Of a stretch of 64,000 bases of DNA, positions 51,001 to 64,000 are shown piece by piece; the first letter of the stretch is position 1; the number at the start of each line of letters is the position of its first letter. The position numbers and the translations under genes were made by a program. The DNA is from Ruditapes philippinarum (taxonomy: Eukaryota). The notes below the pieces were generated by a model, which was given only the letters and a program-made list of their open reading frames with translations, was not told where the DNA came from and made no database searches. The DNA is taken from contig NW_026855476.1 in NCBI RefSeq assembly GCF_026571515.1, forward strand, positions 372,001-436,000, in the 5' to 3' direction.

Positions 51001-54000
51001 ACAAAACCAACGTAATGCATCCGCGCAGTCTGATCAGGATCCATGCTGTTCGCTTACCAACTCTAAAACAAGTAAAGAAACTGATAGCGAACAGCATGGA
51101 TCCTGATCAGACTGCGCGGATGCGCAGGCTGTTCTGCATCCATGCTGGTCGCAAACGCATTACGTTGGTTTTGTCGTGACGCGGCTCATATATATATATT
51201 TCTTGCTCTAAACTCTTACCTCAAACATGTCACCAATGAGACCATATCTAATGACTGTTACCGTACACTGCCAAAGTGTTGAACAATACAGATAATCACC
51301 CGGTGCAAAGTAGGCTCGTAGCAAGGAGAACCCAACGAGAGAGTATATATAAATAACGATGAAGCCTAGAATAGCTACCCATAGCAGTGACACACCTGAC
51401 GACAAAAAAGATATATAATTTTAGATTTGAATAGTAAGGTTACAAAAAATACAAAAATGGTTAATTTGTTAACTGGCTTAATAGTAGTATTTTTTCTACA
51501 ATATACATACATTTAAAAATATATTTTCTGTAAAGGTGTCACGTCGAAACAATAATTAATATCGGGGAATTACACTCGAAAAGTAAAATATTAATCAAAA
51601 GAGAAAAAATATCATTAATTATTAATTTCTAAATATATCACATACAAGTTTTTAAACACTAGTAAGCAAAGAACCTAACGGCAATACAGATATACTATAA
51701 CGTTCTGATAAGACTGTAAATACAAATCATTTATATTATAAAACCAAATGTATTACCATTTTGTGTGACTGCCTTTATGACACCGCTTAGCAGTTGATTA
51801 TTATTTACAATGTTAAGGAGATGGAATGCAAAGAAATAGCCATGAAATTGTGTCCCTGCAGCAGACATGGCAAGAAGAAGCTGAAAAGAAAAATGAATTA
51901 AAATGTCAGTTACGGAAAATTAACGGATGGTATAAAGCATTAAGTAACATAACGCAGGCACTTAACATACGTACCATTTTATACGGATTGACACGGAAAT
52001 TCAAAGTAATTCATTATGTATTCGATTTTCACTATTCCTTGCAATTAAACTTTCATCACCAATCAATAAAATGGATTGCCATATTTTACAATAATGGAAA
52101 CTGTCTAAAGACTAATTTTTCGTGAGTAAATTTCTTAAAGTATCTTAAAGAAGTTTAATGTGGCGCTATTCGATTCGTGTTTCATTAGAGCACAAACAAG
52201 TGTCATTACAAATCTAGGTAATGTTAAAAAGTCATAACAAAGATAATGCATATATATACATGTATATATTTACAATATAGTAAAATGTTGTGAAACTAAA
52301 GAATTTGACATCAAGTTTAGATGGCTTGTCCTCGGAGCTCCTTTTCCCAACCGTTTCTCCCTTGTCTTTGTTCTTATTACAGCACTGACTACAACAGGAA
52401 AAATGATAATAAAATGATGGATCAAAACTACTTTTACAATAAATTTCTAAAACTAAACTCATATTTTGTTTGCCAGCTTAGTCAATAATAAAAAACTAAG
52501 ATATAAACAGAAAATACGTTTGAAAGTAATTTATTTATTTAAGGTCACACTGTTTTAGCAATTTGTACAAATCACTTCCCCGTTTGCCTCATGGAACTAA
52601 CCATGACTGATTTCATTTAAGGAAATATGATTGAGACGAAGTTGGACTCGAACTCCAATACACATGAGAGGGAGGCAAATTAACTATTACGAAGCTCAAT
52701 TTGTTCTTTTAAGTAACTTTGATGAGTACGTCAAATGCACCGGACTTATAAATTCAGTGTATGGCGCTATTATCTATAAGTCACATGTATGATAAGTAAC
52801 TAAGTTAAGAAACTGCATTTGAATTATTACATAAAATATGTAATGTCAATTTAAGATTACGAGCATAATGTTATTTAAGACTACAAAATAAACAAAATGT
52901 GAAAATGAAATGATGACAATCCACATGAAATTGTCCCTAGATCTTTGTATTAACTTGATTTGCACAATCATATCTGTTTAGACATCAAATAAGCTTCCCT
53001 GATCAGGACGAGTGCAATTATTTTGCCTTAAAGAAGTACATTTTGTTTGTTTGTTTGTTTGTTTGTTACAAAATTTCTTACCGGAAAGGGTCAGCCAATT
53101 CTGAACACGTGGGAAATCGTGGATGATTGGATAAAAAGTAACTGATGATTACAAACAACGAGAAAAGATTGTGTACACCACTTAGAATATACATGGTTAT
53201 AGTATATTCATGTTCTGGTATGCGTCCGATTGAAGGCTGTGGACTGAAACAGAAAGAGTTTTTAGATTATCTAAAGCTTTAACTTCTATTAGAAATAATC
53301 TAATTGATTTACAAACAACAAAATATTTACTTTTCAACATGTTTGTTTCCCTCATGTTTCAACTTCTCATTATGTCTTTTTTATTTATCATATCGTCTCT
53401 TTACAGATGCTCAATAAAGCGAAACATGCTTTGATAAACAGAGTTGGTTTATGAATAGTTTTACCATTTCTCTAATAGTGGCATATATATCACATTATCT
53501 TGCATTTTATAACATTAAAAAAACAAAAACGAAGCCTTGAATTTAAAAGAAACAAAGCTTGAATTTTCATGCTTAAATCTTTGGATGGAAAATGCAATTC
53601 TCACACAACTAAGAAACACATAACTCACTCTTTCAACAATGCAAAGTTAAACGTATCGTTTGTTGTATTTCCAGCATTCTGTATACGCTCATAATCCTCG
53701 AGACTTGCCTTAGCATTCCATGTAAGCAACATAAGTATATTTATTGCAAAACTGAGAAACGTCACCAGATGATTCCATAGAAGCCTGCAAAAACACACAT
53801 TCTATTAAAATTATATAGGTAATGCCACAAATTGGACCTGAAATGTCTTATGTTAATCGTCTGTTATTATTTGTGCGTCAGATCTATAATAATATCAAGT
53901 TTATAAAAAATATAACAACGTCTTCAGTTGCATTTGAACTAAATATATGTAACATATTTCATTTAGTTGAAACAAGCTTCTTTGTTGTTGGGATTTATTA

Positions 54001-57000
54001 TAAGAGTTATTGTTAAGAACCCCACAAAACGGTTCAACGTATAATGATAAATGTAATCTGAAGTGATAGCCATGTACATACCAGCCCTTGGTAAACATGA
54101 TTGCAATAGGGTTAAACAGTATCTTTCTCTGGTATGAGATATCTTGCATAATATCCCGGGTCCAGTCCATTAGATCTCGTATCTTGTTGCTAGGAGACGT
54201 TCTGTCAACATTCCACTTCAATTTCTCCTTCACCTCTTCTCTTATAAGTATCTGTTCAGAAATTACCACAACATTAAACTTTTTAAACTTTTTAAAAGAA
54301 AATACGTTGGAACATAAAAATCTTCTAAAAGGAGTATCAATAAACTCATTTGATCAAAGCAACATTTGTAAGAAAATATATAAAAATATGAGGACAGTAT
54401 GTACAACCACATGAGATGAACTCATCTAGAAACTGTAGGTGTATGAGCAAATAAAATTGACAAGAAAAGTCACGTGTTCTTGAAAAAACTGTCTTTACAA
54501 TGCATATTTTTAATCGTTTTTTTTTTCATTTAGAAGGAATCATAATGACTGTTTGTAACACCTTGTTTTTGATCCTGAAGTTTATTTTCTGTAGCACATC
54601 GTCTTTCACAATCTCGACTGACGTACTGTTTTTCTTATAATAATCATAAGCTTTCGTCTGTTCTGGTGTTATCGACAAACCTATACAAAAAATATTAATA
54701 TTATAAATGTATTTGCAGTTGCGTTAAATAATTCAAATTTTCTGGTTAACGTTAAGAAAAATAACATGACATGGAATGTTTAATAACAAATGAAATAGAC
54801 ACTGCTATCACTTAACATATAATTAACTTAATTGCTAAACTTGTTGATAATGAGAAATCAAAGGAGAATTCATATGTAATTTGTAAATAAATGTAAAAAC
54901 TAACGTGTAAACATTTTGGTGGGTTCTTTTTTTCTTTCTTTCTTTATTTCCTTTTCCATATTTGTTGATAGATCTATCATTAAAATATATAGTTAACAAT
55001 TTCTTAAAAAAAGAGAAAGTTAAAATGTATAACGTGTTAAAGTAAATAGGATAAACATAGTTTACTTACGTTCCACCAACTGTGGATCTATGTCATGCAT
55101 GCGTGCAAGAATCAAGTAGAATTTGAAACCTACAGCCGTGAGGTTCTCCTTTAGAACATTCTTTTGTGGTCCTTTCTGGAATATTATATTTAGTATTTCT
55201 AATTATACGTGTATCAGTAATTTGAATGCAGTACATTTTGCCACAAGATCAAATTTATGTTAATATCCTGTTACTTTTGTCAAAGACCAAGTCAAACTGA
55301 TGTTCTTGATAGACAAAATAAGTTGTCGCATTTCTTTCACTTTGAGTAACTGATAATTCTCGGACTACGCTTAATCCAGTTTTATTTTCAGACATTTGAA
55401 ATATAATATCTAATCATATATTAACATGTTTGTTTCTACTACAGTACTACTGACTCAATTTTTATCTACTGACTGGTTATACGGAATTCTTTAAGTAAAC
55501 ACATTAATCTATACACTTACAACAACTCCTTTCATCAAACTACCACCGAGTGAAGCGATTGATTTCGCCGACTGCATATAGCCAGCTTCTGACTTAACGA
55601 TGTCCTCAAGTTTTGGCTTCTCCGATTGATGCATCTCATAACATTGTGCCATACAGCGATACAGAGCTTCCTTATCTAACGTGTCTTTTACCTCCTAAGC
55701 ATTTTGAAATTATACATGTTATGAGTGCGACTACAATATATTTATAGATGACTTCGTGATAATTAACTCAAACTTGTGGTGTTTAATTCTTTAAATACTG
55801 CTTAAAACATTTACAAATGTTTCATTTTACATTATCTCTCACAATCAGACTCAAGTCAGTATGTGACTTTCGTGTACTCATTTCTGCTTTCATATTTTTC
55901 AAGAGATCACAAGGTTCCAGAAATTTTATAAGATTTCATTAAACTTAAATTATTGATTGGTATGTGCTTTTGATAATTATAATTACCTTTTTTCGTAATA
56001 ATAGAAAATGAACTGCATTCCAATAAATAAATAAAATGAATCTATATAATCATTACCCTTTAGCAAATCATCTTTAAACTGTATTAAACAAATTTGCTAA
56101 ATTACCTTAGCAACTTGTGAGGCTGAAGGCCCGTTTTCTTCGATCAATGACAATATCAGTGATGAAATAGACTCTCTCAAATCAAGTACCTGTAAAAAGA
56201 TGTGGTGTAATTCTAAAGTTGTATTGCTTAATTTTCTTCACTTACAAACGTTTACAACTTGTGCCTATGCATGAAGGGTCACTTTAGGTCTTCCTCCTTA
56301 AGGAAAGCTGTAAAAGTCGCCATATGACCCCCAAGTGTTGGTATGACATAATCTCTACCCCCTAAAGAACCACAACACTTCATCACAACAAACGATGATA
56401 ACATCACTCTATATTTGCCAATGTTGCAACGGCATGAAAAGAAAATCAGAAAACATGAACTACTTTTATGAATACTTAGTACCTCTATTGCAAAACAAGT
56501 TCAAGCTTTACAAAAGAAAATATATGTAAATGCGAGTAAGAAATGGCTGACAAATCAGAAAGTTAGATTATGATGGTTAGGATACCTTCTCAGGAGAGCA
56601 GTCTGCAATCTCACCAGCCCTGAGAATAAAATTTATGTAGTCGATGGCTTTCTTGTTATAAATCACTTCTCTGTTCTCTTGATTGCCCTGCATAGACGAA
56701 TACATTTCTTATCATCTGTACAATATTCTATGCAATTTATCATTACATTGTATCTAATTTACTATTTTACCGAGCTGAAATATATGCTGCATTACATACT
56801 CATTTGGCTCGGTGATTGTTTATTGCTTTATTAATTATATTAATAATTAATGTCCAAGAGTTACTAAAGTTAAATCTCTAATTTCCAATAGTTTTATTTG
56901 TACAAATTTAATAAAAGTGATTCAACAAACATTTCAAAGGCAATTCGGGACAAAACTCCACGTTTCATTTAATAAACCATTGCTACACATTCAATGTATC

Positions 57001-60000
57001 TTTTAAAGTCAACTCTTACCGAGCAAAATTCGTTGAGTGTACTAAATAGTTGAATGACAAGATCGACTGTCCTTTTGTTGATACTGGAGTAAACAACATT
57101 CAAAAACTGTGCAGTCTCGCCAATGATGTTCAGTGATTTGACATTGTCAGGCTGTTCCCGAAGATAGTTCTTTAAAACAGAAAGCAGTGTATATGAATGA
57201 ACATACACATTTGATAAACATATATAAAACGATTAGATAAACCACTTATTTGTTGCACATTGTTCAAAGATGTTTTCATAAGTGCAAGTTATTATAATAA
57301 TGTCTAGGTTCTTTATTTATACAAAGGTTTAATAATTTCCAAATAAGGATTTAAATATCAGACTGAGTAATATCAAATTTTCTTGAACTTTGTTTTGTCA
57401 ATTACCTTAATAATAAAGTAAGTCTAGGCATATAGTATAGGCAGTCAAATTCGTTTTAATGTTATAAAAAACATATGGTGGGACAAAAAGAGAATGTGAA
57501 TTTTCAGATATGAGTAAAACACAATACATTAATAAATGAATTCATATCACGTTTTTTGAAAATGTTAAACACCAGGATTTCAACAAACCTGTAGACCAAC
57601 ATGCTGACCATCACATATCCTGGCAAGAACTTTTAGTACCAGTTCAATACAACCATCATCCTTATATTCCAACATATCTGCTACACTCTCGTCCATATCA
57701 GTAAACATCTGCTCAGCACTATCCTCCTCCTCCTCCTTAATAAAATATTATCAGCCATTATCATTCTGATTTATTGAATATAAATAGTTTATCAATTCTT
57801 AAATTTGTCCTACACGTTTATAGTTAATATTGTGAAAGAAGAAAACTTTTTCATTACAAAATAAAAACCAATACTTTATTAAGTACAACATATATAAAGC
57901 TATATTTATATTTGCAACAAAACCTTTACGTATATATTATCATTTTAGTGAAAATACCTCATCATGATAACGCACATTGTATATAAGTGTGTAAAACAGA
58001 TTATAGTTGTAGACTAGTTAATACGGTTATAGAATATTTCTTATTTAGTTTTAAGTAAATAATTACATCAATAAGAATGTCCATCATTTCTATTCCGCCG
58101 GTGTCAGGTTTATACTCCACATTTATCTTTTCAATCATTTTGTCTGGTGTTGCCGGTTGGAGCAAATTCTCATTGCTACGGTCACTTATATAGTCCTTCG
58201 ATAGACCATTAGTCATAGGCGGTGGCTTTGCTTTTTTCTTTTCTGAATTCTTTCTTTTCTTCGACTTCCTTCGTTGTTTCTCTGTTAATGGTTCTCTAGC
58301 TCTACTCAAAGCCCTCTGCAAGTTTAGAAAGATCAGAAGTAGGTGGGTCACATCCTAATTTTTCTGATAACCTTTTTAAATTTCATCTGATTAGTTTGCT
58401 AAAACACTTATCTTTTTACTTTCTTTTTAAACAAAATATGAAAGTGGTCAAAATAAATTAATTACGTACTTTGTGTGTTTTATAAAATTATTGTCAATCA
58501 AGGCATCTATTAGGAACTCTGAGAGAAGTGAATAGCTTGCTTAATTAAAACAACATTTCATAAGACATTAACAAGAGCACCGCTAGGCGGAGCATTACAT
58601 GCCCGAAAGTGGTTTTTTTGTGTAAGGATGAAGCATTTGTAAGACATTACATAAATTAAATAAAGTATTACCTCCTTCAAATAGCAATCCTCCTATAAAG
58701 TTTGAATATTGTGGGCCAAATGGAACTTAAGTTATGCTCTGGAAACTGTTTACAGTTTTGAGGTAATAGTGACCTTGACCTTTGACCTTGTGACCCCAAA
58801 ATCAATAGGGGTATTCTACCCAATATGGACAATCATCCAATGAAGTTTGAATATTGTGGGCCAAATAGACCTTAAGTTATGCTCCGGAAACTGTTTTCAG
58901 TTTTAAGTAATAGTGACCTTGCCCTTTGACCTTGTGACCCCAAAATCAATAGGGGTCTTTTAGCCAATATGGACAATCATCCTATGAAGTTTGAATATTG
59001 TGGGCTAAATGGAACTTGAGTTATGTTCCAGAAACTGTTTTCAGTTTTGAGGTAATAGTGACCATGACCTTTAACCTTGTGACACCAAAATCAATAGGGG
59101 TCTTCTACTCAATATGGACAATCATCCTATGAAGTTTGAATATTGTGGGCCAAATGGAACTTAAGTTATGCTCAGGAAACTGTTTTCAGTTTTAAAGTAA
59201 TAATGACCTTAACCTTTGACTTTGTGACCCCAAAATCAATAGGGGTCTTCTACCCAATATGAACAATCATCCTATGAAGTTTGAACACTGTGGGCCAAAT
59301 GGAACTTAAGTTATGCTGTGGGAACTGTTTTCAGTTTTGAGGTAATAGTGACCTTGACCTTTGACTTTGTGACCCCAAAATCAAAAGGGGTCTTCTACCC
59401 AATATGAACAATCATCCAATGAAGTTTGAACACTGTGGGCCAAACGGAACTTAAGTTATGCTCCGGAAACTGTTTTCAGTTTTAAGGTGATAGTGACCTT
59501 GACCTTTGACCTTGTGACTCCAAAATCAATAGGGGTCTTCTACCCAATATGAACAATCATCCTATGAAGTTTGAAAATTGTGGGCCAAACGGAACTTAAG
59601 TAATGCTCCGGAAACCAAATTGCTAACGGACGGACGGACGTTCCAACATTTTGGGTCTAGGGGCTATTTTCTTTGTTATTTTCTTTGTTTTCTTAAGGGC
59701 TACTAGCCCATAAACCCTTTAATCACGGAATGAACCTATTGTTCTCTTTTGTTCTTTTTACTGTTACATAGCCCCTAAACCCAAAATGTTTGCTCGGACG
59801 GACAGACGGACGGACGGACGTTCCAACATTTTGGCTTTAGGGGCTATTTTCTTTGTTATTTTCTTTGTTTTCTTAAGGGCTACTAGCCCCTAAACCCTTT
59901 GATCACGGAATGAACCTATTGTTCTCTTTTGTTCTATTTACTGTTATATAGCCCCTAAACCCAAAATGCTCGGACAGACAGACGGACGGACGCAAGGGGG

Positions 60001-61426
60001 TATAACATAATATGCCCGAAATTCTTTCGGGCATATAAAAAAGACAATATTTGGTGTGCTGCATACAAAGATGTGATATCTGAATATTACGATTGTGTAA
60101 AATGAATTGTTCAAGACAGACAGAAAGTTGTGACACATGCAGTTGCGAAAGATCGCCTAAGATCAGAGGAAAGGATGAAGTTTTTCAAGATTTTGATTAA
60201 TATAATACGTATAAGTACTCTTTGTGTGGTTGTGGATGTAATTATGCATAGTGAAAGTTTTAGTAGTAAATATTAGTGTAATTCATTGGACATTTTTGTT
60301 TGTACAATATTATTACTTGTTTGATCACATGTTTAAATATACTATTACTACAATGTCACTTCAGAAGAATATTTATGAAATTATTATCCAACAGCAAAAA
60401 CAGTGTGGTTATATGTTAAAAATACTCATTCGTTTTTCATGAAATACATTTTTACATGTTTACCTTGTTAAGCCGATTACCCTGCATGAAACAAAATATC
60501 TTTATTCTATCAATAATTGTGAAAATTCATTCTTTATTTATAAAAAATAAGCCAACAATATACAAATATAAAATAAATAGTATTGACACAAGACAAATAG
60601 TGACAGGCAGAACGTATTAAGTGACAACAGTGACAATAAAAACAGACAAGTTACACAGATATACAGAAGTGAAAAATTATGGATATTTTGAATTTGTTAT
60701 GTGAACGTTATAATTGCATGGTAGCAATAATCATTTTGTTGTGGAATCAAAAATTATATAGATGTTCTTCTTGAAAGGCGACATCGGAAACCACAACGTC
60801 AGAAAGATTGAGGCAACATCTCAAGAAAAAGCTTTAAAGAGAGTCGAGCGTGTTATAAAAAGAGTTTGAAGTTTATTAGTGTGATTTGATACCTTCTTCT
60901 TTTTGGTTCTTTTAATCTTGAGGATGCATTTCTATGTCAAATATAATTTAGTGTATATAGATTAAACATTACACTCACACATGAAAAAAGAATGTATAAA
61001 CATTGGAAAACAAATGAGACATTTAAGAAAATTTTCAATGAAGTTTCTGATGATTTTAGAAAAGATTGTTGCTGATGTGATTTTGTAAATCATGTAAAAT
61101 GGCCATTATTTTCCCAAAAAAATCTTCTCTAGAAAATCAAAAATCATTAGAATGTTCAAGTATGTAATATTCTAAACAACCATTTCCACGTTAACACGTA
61201 CATTTTACTAATTCAATAAAAAATTATTCATATACATACATATATAAAAAGGTTTAAATGAATAGCATCTTTACCATGCCATGCATCTTTTCTTTCTTTA
61301 ATCTTAAATTCATAGTGTTGTATTTTCTGTAAGGCTTTCCGGCCGAGCGTCAAGGACGTTTGAAAACTACCGAAGTTGGCCATAAACTCTCCGCGTCTTG
61401 TTTCATGTTGAGCAAGCAGAGCTCTC
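48081..61426 (-). CDS. Divergent inositol 1,4,5-trisphosphate receptor-like Ca2+ channel (RIH-associated and ion-transport domains); 5' part lies beyond the window
   Basis: In-frame GT-AG exons: 58315-58067, 57735-57589, 57169-57020, 56687-56586, 56189-56106, 55694-55521, 55175-55070, 54680-54562, 54251-54082, 53784-53629, 53243-53082, 52388-52274, 51880-51757, 51395-51220, 50584-50432, 49903-49826, 49569-49450, 49052-48915, 48659-48081; probable upstream exons 61426-61275, 60931-60893, 60481-60464. Motifs ICDGQHVGLQNYLREQ, EFCSGNQENR, SVEIVKDDVLQKINF, LNIIFGIIVDTFSELR, TCFIC, HVRNEHNMWSY, DYTAIE, FFPMNRAL. Confidence 0.9.
50988..51187. mobile_element. Palindromic MITE, Sola2-like
   Basis: Perfect 31-bp TIR GAGCCGCGTCACGACAAAACCAACGTAATGC, inner IR GCATCCGCGCAGTCTGATCAGGATCCATGCTGTTCGCT, flanked by ATAT; ends ~33 bp from the donor of the pore exon. 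Confidence 0.8.
56275..56350 (+). mobile_element. SINE 3' fragment
   Basis: GGTCTTCCTCC...AAAGCTGTAAAAGTCGCCATATGACC; same family as the host SINE at 16333-16720. Confidence 0.5.
58570..60040 (+). mobile_element. HINE/pearl-type element with a ~145-bp satellite (~6.5 copies) and a second ~181-bp duplicated unit
   Basis: AACAAG start, hairpin, subterminal ATGCCCGAAA; anchor GAAGTTTGAATATTGTGGGCCAAA every ~145 bp (58700-59610); (GGAC)n tracts; 3' palindrome TATGCCCGAAA-TTC-TTTCGGGCATA. Confidence 0.88.
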
Positions 61427-61765
61427 CTAAAATTACAAAGCGTTTGTTAACTTAGTTCGAAATGTCTCAAAATTATGAACGAAAGAACTTTTTAAAAATA
61501 TTGGTCTAAGATTGCCTATATATATAGATATGACATTTTACTGGGAACAACTAAATCATTCCAAACCAAGACAAAATTATCTTAAATGTTACTGATGACA
61601 TTTTGTCAGGTAACTCATTTATCAGAATATTTGTCAAATAAAAACTATCATTGAGACTGTTCCATTTAACATATGTACCTAGAAAATTAAAATCTCTAAA
61701 CAGGAAAAATAGTTTAAAACTTTTTAACCATGATACCAGATGCAAAGATAAAATAAAAATAAACT

Positions 61766-63757
61766 AACAAATTATTGTCGTCAAATATGCCGTCTACGGC
61801 CTGAAACAAACCTAACTAATCTGTAAAATATTTTTAAACTCAAATACATTTGGAAAAAGAAAAAATCCATGATTTTAAATTAGGGTAAAAATAAAATATG
61901 TTAAAAAAATAAAAAACCGGAAACTTTCCCGGACAAAATCAAAACTTTTTAAACAAAAGTAAAAAAAAAATACACTCCCTTTAAATAAAAACAATTTTAA
62001 AACAAAAGCCATGTCAAAAAGGGCCATACCCCGGAATTTTGTTTGCTCTTTGGGAAAGAATGTTATGTGGGTAGAGCAGAAAAATTTCCATTTTAAAAAG
62101 GTCTTTGGAAAATAAAAAGTGAGGGCCCTATAGTGATTACAAAATTTAAAACCCTAGGGTAAATACTGAGGGCTGAAAAAAAAAAAGGGCAAAAACTGAA
62201 AAATAATGCGGGTAGGTTATCTTTTTTTTGGTGGGGCGCATCCCCCCTTTCAGTAAAATCTACCCCTATAAAAGTTTAAGTTGAAAACCTTAAATTTACT
62301 TTTTGAGAAAAAATTGGGAATTGAAAAATTATGTTTAAAAAATTTAACAAACGGGGCAATAACCTCAAAAATTTATAAAAGGTTAGAGTTATCATTTTTA
62401 TGGCAGTGCACACCCTCCTGAGTTAGATCTATGCACCTAGTTGAAGTTTAAATAATGATATTCTCAAAGGCCTTTTGAGTTATTGCTCTGGACAAAAAAT
62501 TAATTTTTTTGAAAAAATAAAAAAAAGGGCAATAACTTAATTTAATTATGCAGGGTAGAGTTATCGCTCTTCGTGCACTGCAACCACTCTTCCTTAATGA
62601 GATCCATCCACCTATGAAAGTTTCCAAGTTGATACCTCAAATACTTTTTGAGATAAGCTACGGACAAAATAGTAATGAAAAAGAACAAAGGGCAATAACT
62701 AAAAAATTGTACAGGAAAGAGTTATCAATTTCTTTTGTACAAATCATTCTCCTCAATAAAATCTATCCACCTATGACCATTTCAATGTTGACATCTCAAA
62801 CACTTTTGAGTTTATGCTCCACTCGGGTGAAAATTTTATGTATGCAAAAATAACAAAGGGCAATAACTCAAAAATTTAATAAAAAGGTAGAGTTATTCAA
62901 TTTCCTTTGTGCAGTGCACACCTCCTGAGTGAGATCGTATGCAGCTATGAAGTTTCATTTTGATATTCAAAGGCTTTTGAGTTATGCATGGAAAAAATTA
63001 ATTTTGAAAAATAACAAAGGGCAATAATAAAAAAATAATGCAGGGTAAGTTAAATCATTCTTTAAGCTATGCAACTCCTTTTCAATGGAGATCCATCCAC
63101 CTTTGAAGTTTTCAAGTTGAATAACCCTAAAATCTTTTTGAGATATAAGCTCTGGACAAAATACGGCATGAAAAAGAACAAAGGGCAAAATAACTAAAAA
63201 TTGTATAGGGAAGAGTTATCATTCTTGCGCACAACATTCCTCCTTTCAATAAAGATCTATCCACCTATGACATTTCATGTTGATATCTCAAACACCTTTT
63301 TGAGTTATGCTCCACTCAGGTGAAAATTAAGTATGAAAAATTAACAAAGGGCAATAACTCAAAAAATTATGAAAGGTAGAGTTATCATTCTTGTGCACTG
63401 CACACCTTTCCTGAGTAATGGATTTATGCACCTATGAAGTTTCATGTTGATATCTCTCATAGGCTTTTGGAGTTTTATGCTCTGGAAAAAATCAATTATG
63501 AATAATAACAAAAAAGGGCAATAACTAAAAAAAAAAATCATGCAAGGTAGAGTTATCAAAATTCTTTGCACTGCACTCCTCCTCAATGGGGTTTCTATCC
63601 CTAGAATTTCAAGTTTGATAACTGAAATACTTTTAGAGATATGCCCCGGACAAAAATGTGGGAGGGAAGGGAGGAAAGGAAGGAGGGAAAGGGTTTCGGA
63701 CGGAGGGAGGGCGGAGACTTTTTCTATTTTCCCCGCCGTTTTTCGGGGGGGGATAAA
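61766..63757 (+). mobile_element. HINE-type element with a ~165-bp AAAGGGCAATAACT satellite, error-rich sequence
   Basis: Repeated AAAGGGCAATAACT...GGTAGAGTTATC...CCTATGAAGTTT units, purine microsatellite at 63660-63712, terminal palindrome CCCCGCCG-TTTTT-CGGGGGGG. Confidence 0.7.
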
Positions 63758-64000
63758 AAAACCACTTTACAAAAAAATAATTTTTATTAATGCTAATCCC
63801 AAAATTACCTTTCAACTTTAAAAACTTTCAAAAAAAATTTAAAATGAAAAAATTTTAAATTTCTTGATATAGGCAATTATAATTTTTTTAAAAATTTTCA
63901 AAAATGAAAATTTTAAATTGTCGTCCAGGATTTAAGGGTAAAAGAAAAAAAATCAACCCAAGGACAAAAAAGCCCAGAACAAATCTATAAAAAAAATAAA

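Overview
AT-rich, intron-containing eukaryotic DNA. The C1q-domain gene and the SINE and Helentron-type repeat families suggest a bivalve mollusc (inference). I reconstructed five spliced genes by hand from GT-AG junctions and reading frame: (1,2) two tandem 4-exon FABP/iLBP-like paralogues on the minus strand; (3) a complete 10-exon mitochondrial aspartate aminotransferase GOT2 (minus strand) whose 12.4 kb first intron is filled by two stacks of nested transposons; (4) a 2-exon secreted coiled-coil plus C1q-domain gene (plus strand); (5) the 3' part (about 20 exons) of a divergent IP3-receptor/RyR-family Ca2+ channel gene (minus strand). The channel lacks the canonical GGG(V/I)GD selectivity-filter glycines and has a long acidic tail ending in a class I PDZ-type motif. 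Non-coding space holds at least five Helentron-associated (HINE-like) elements, most carrying different internal satellite arrays, plus tRNA-derived SINEs, hAT/IS3EU/Kolobok/Sola/Academ-like non-autonomous elements, two Crypton-like hairpin elements sharing a loop motif, and a decayed Tigger/pogo transposon. The last ~2.2 kb looks like low-accuracy sequence. No database searches were possible, so family names rest on recognised motifs and terminal structures.
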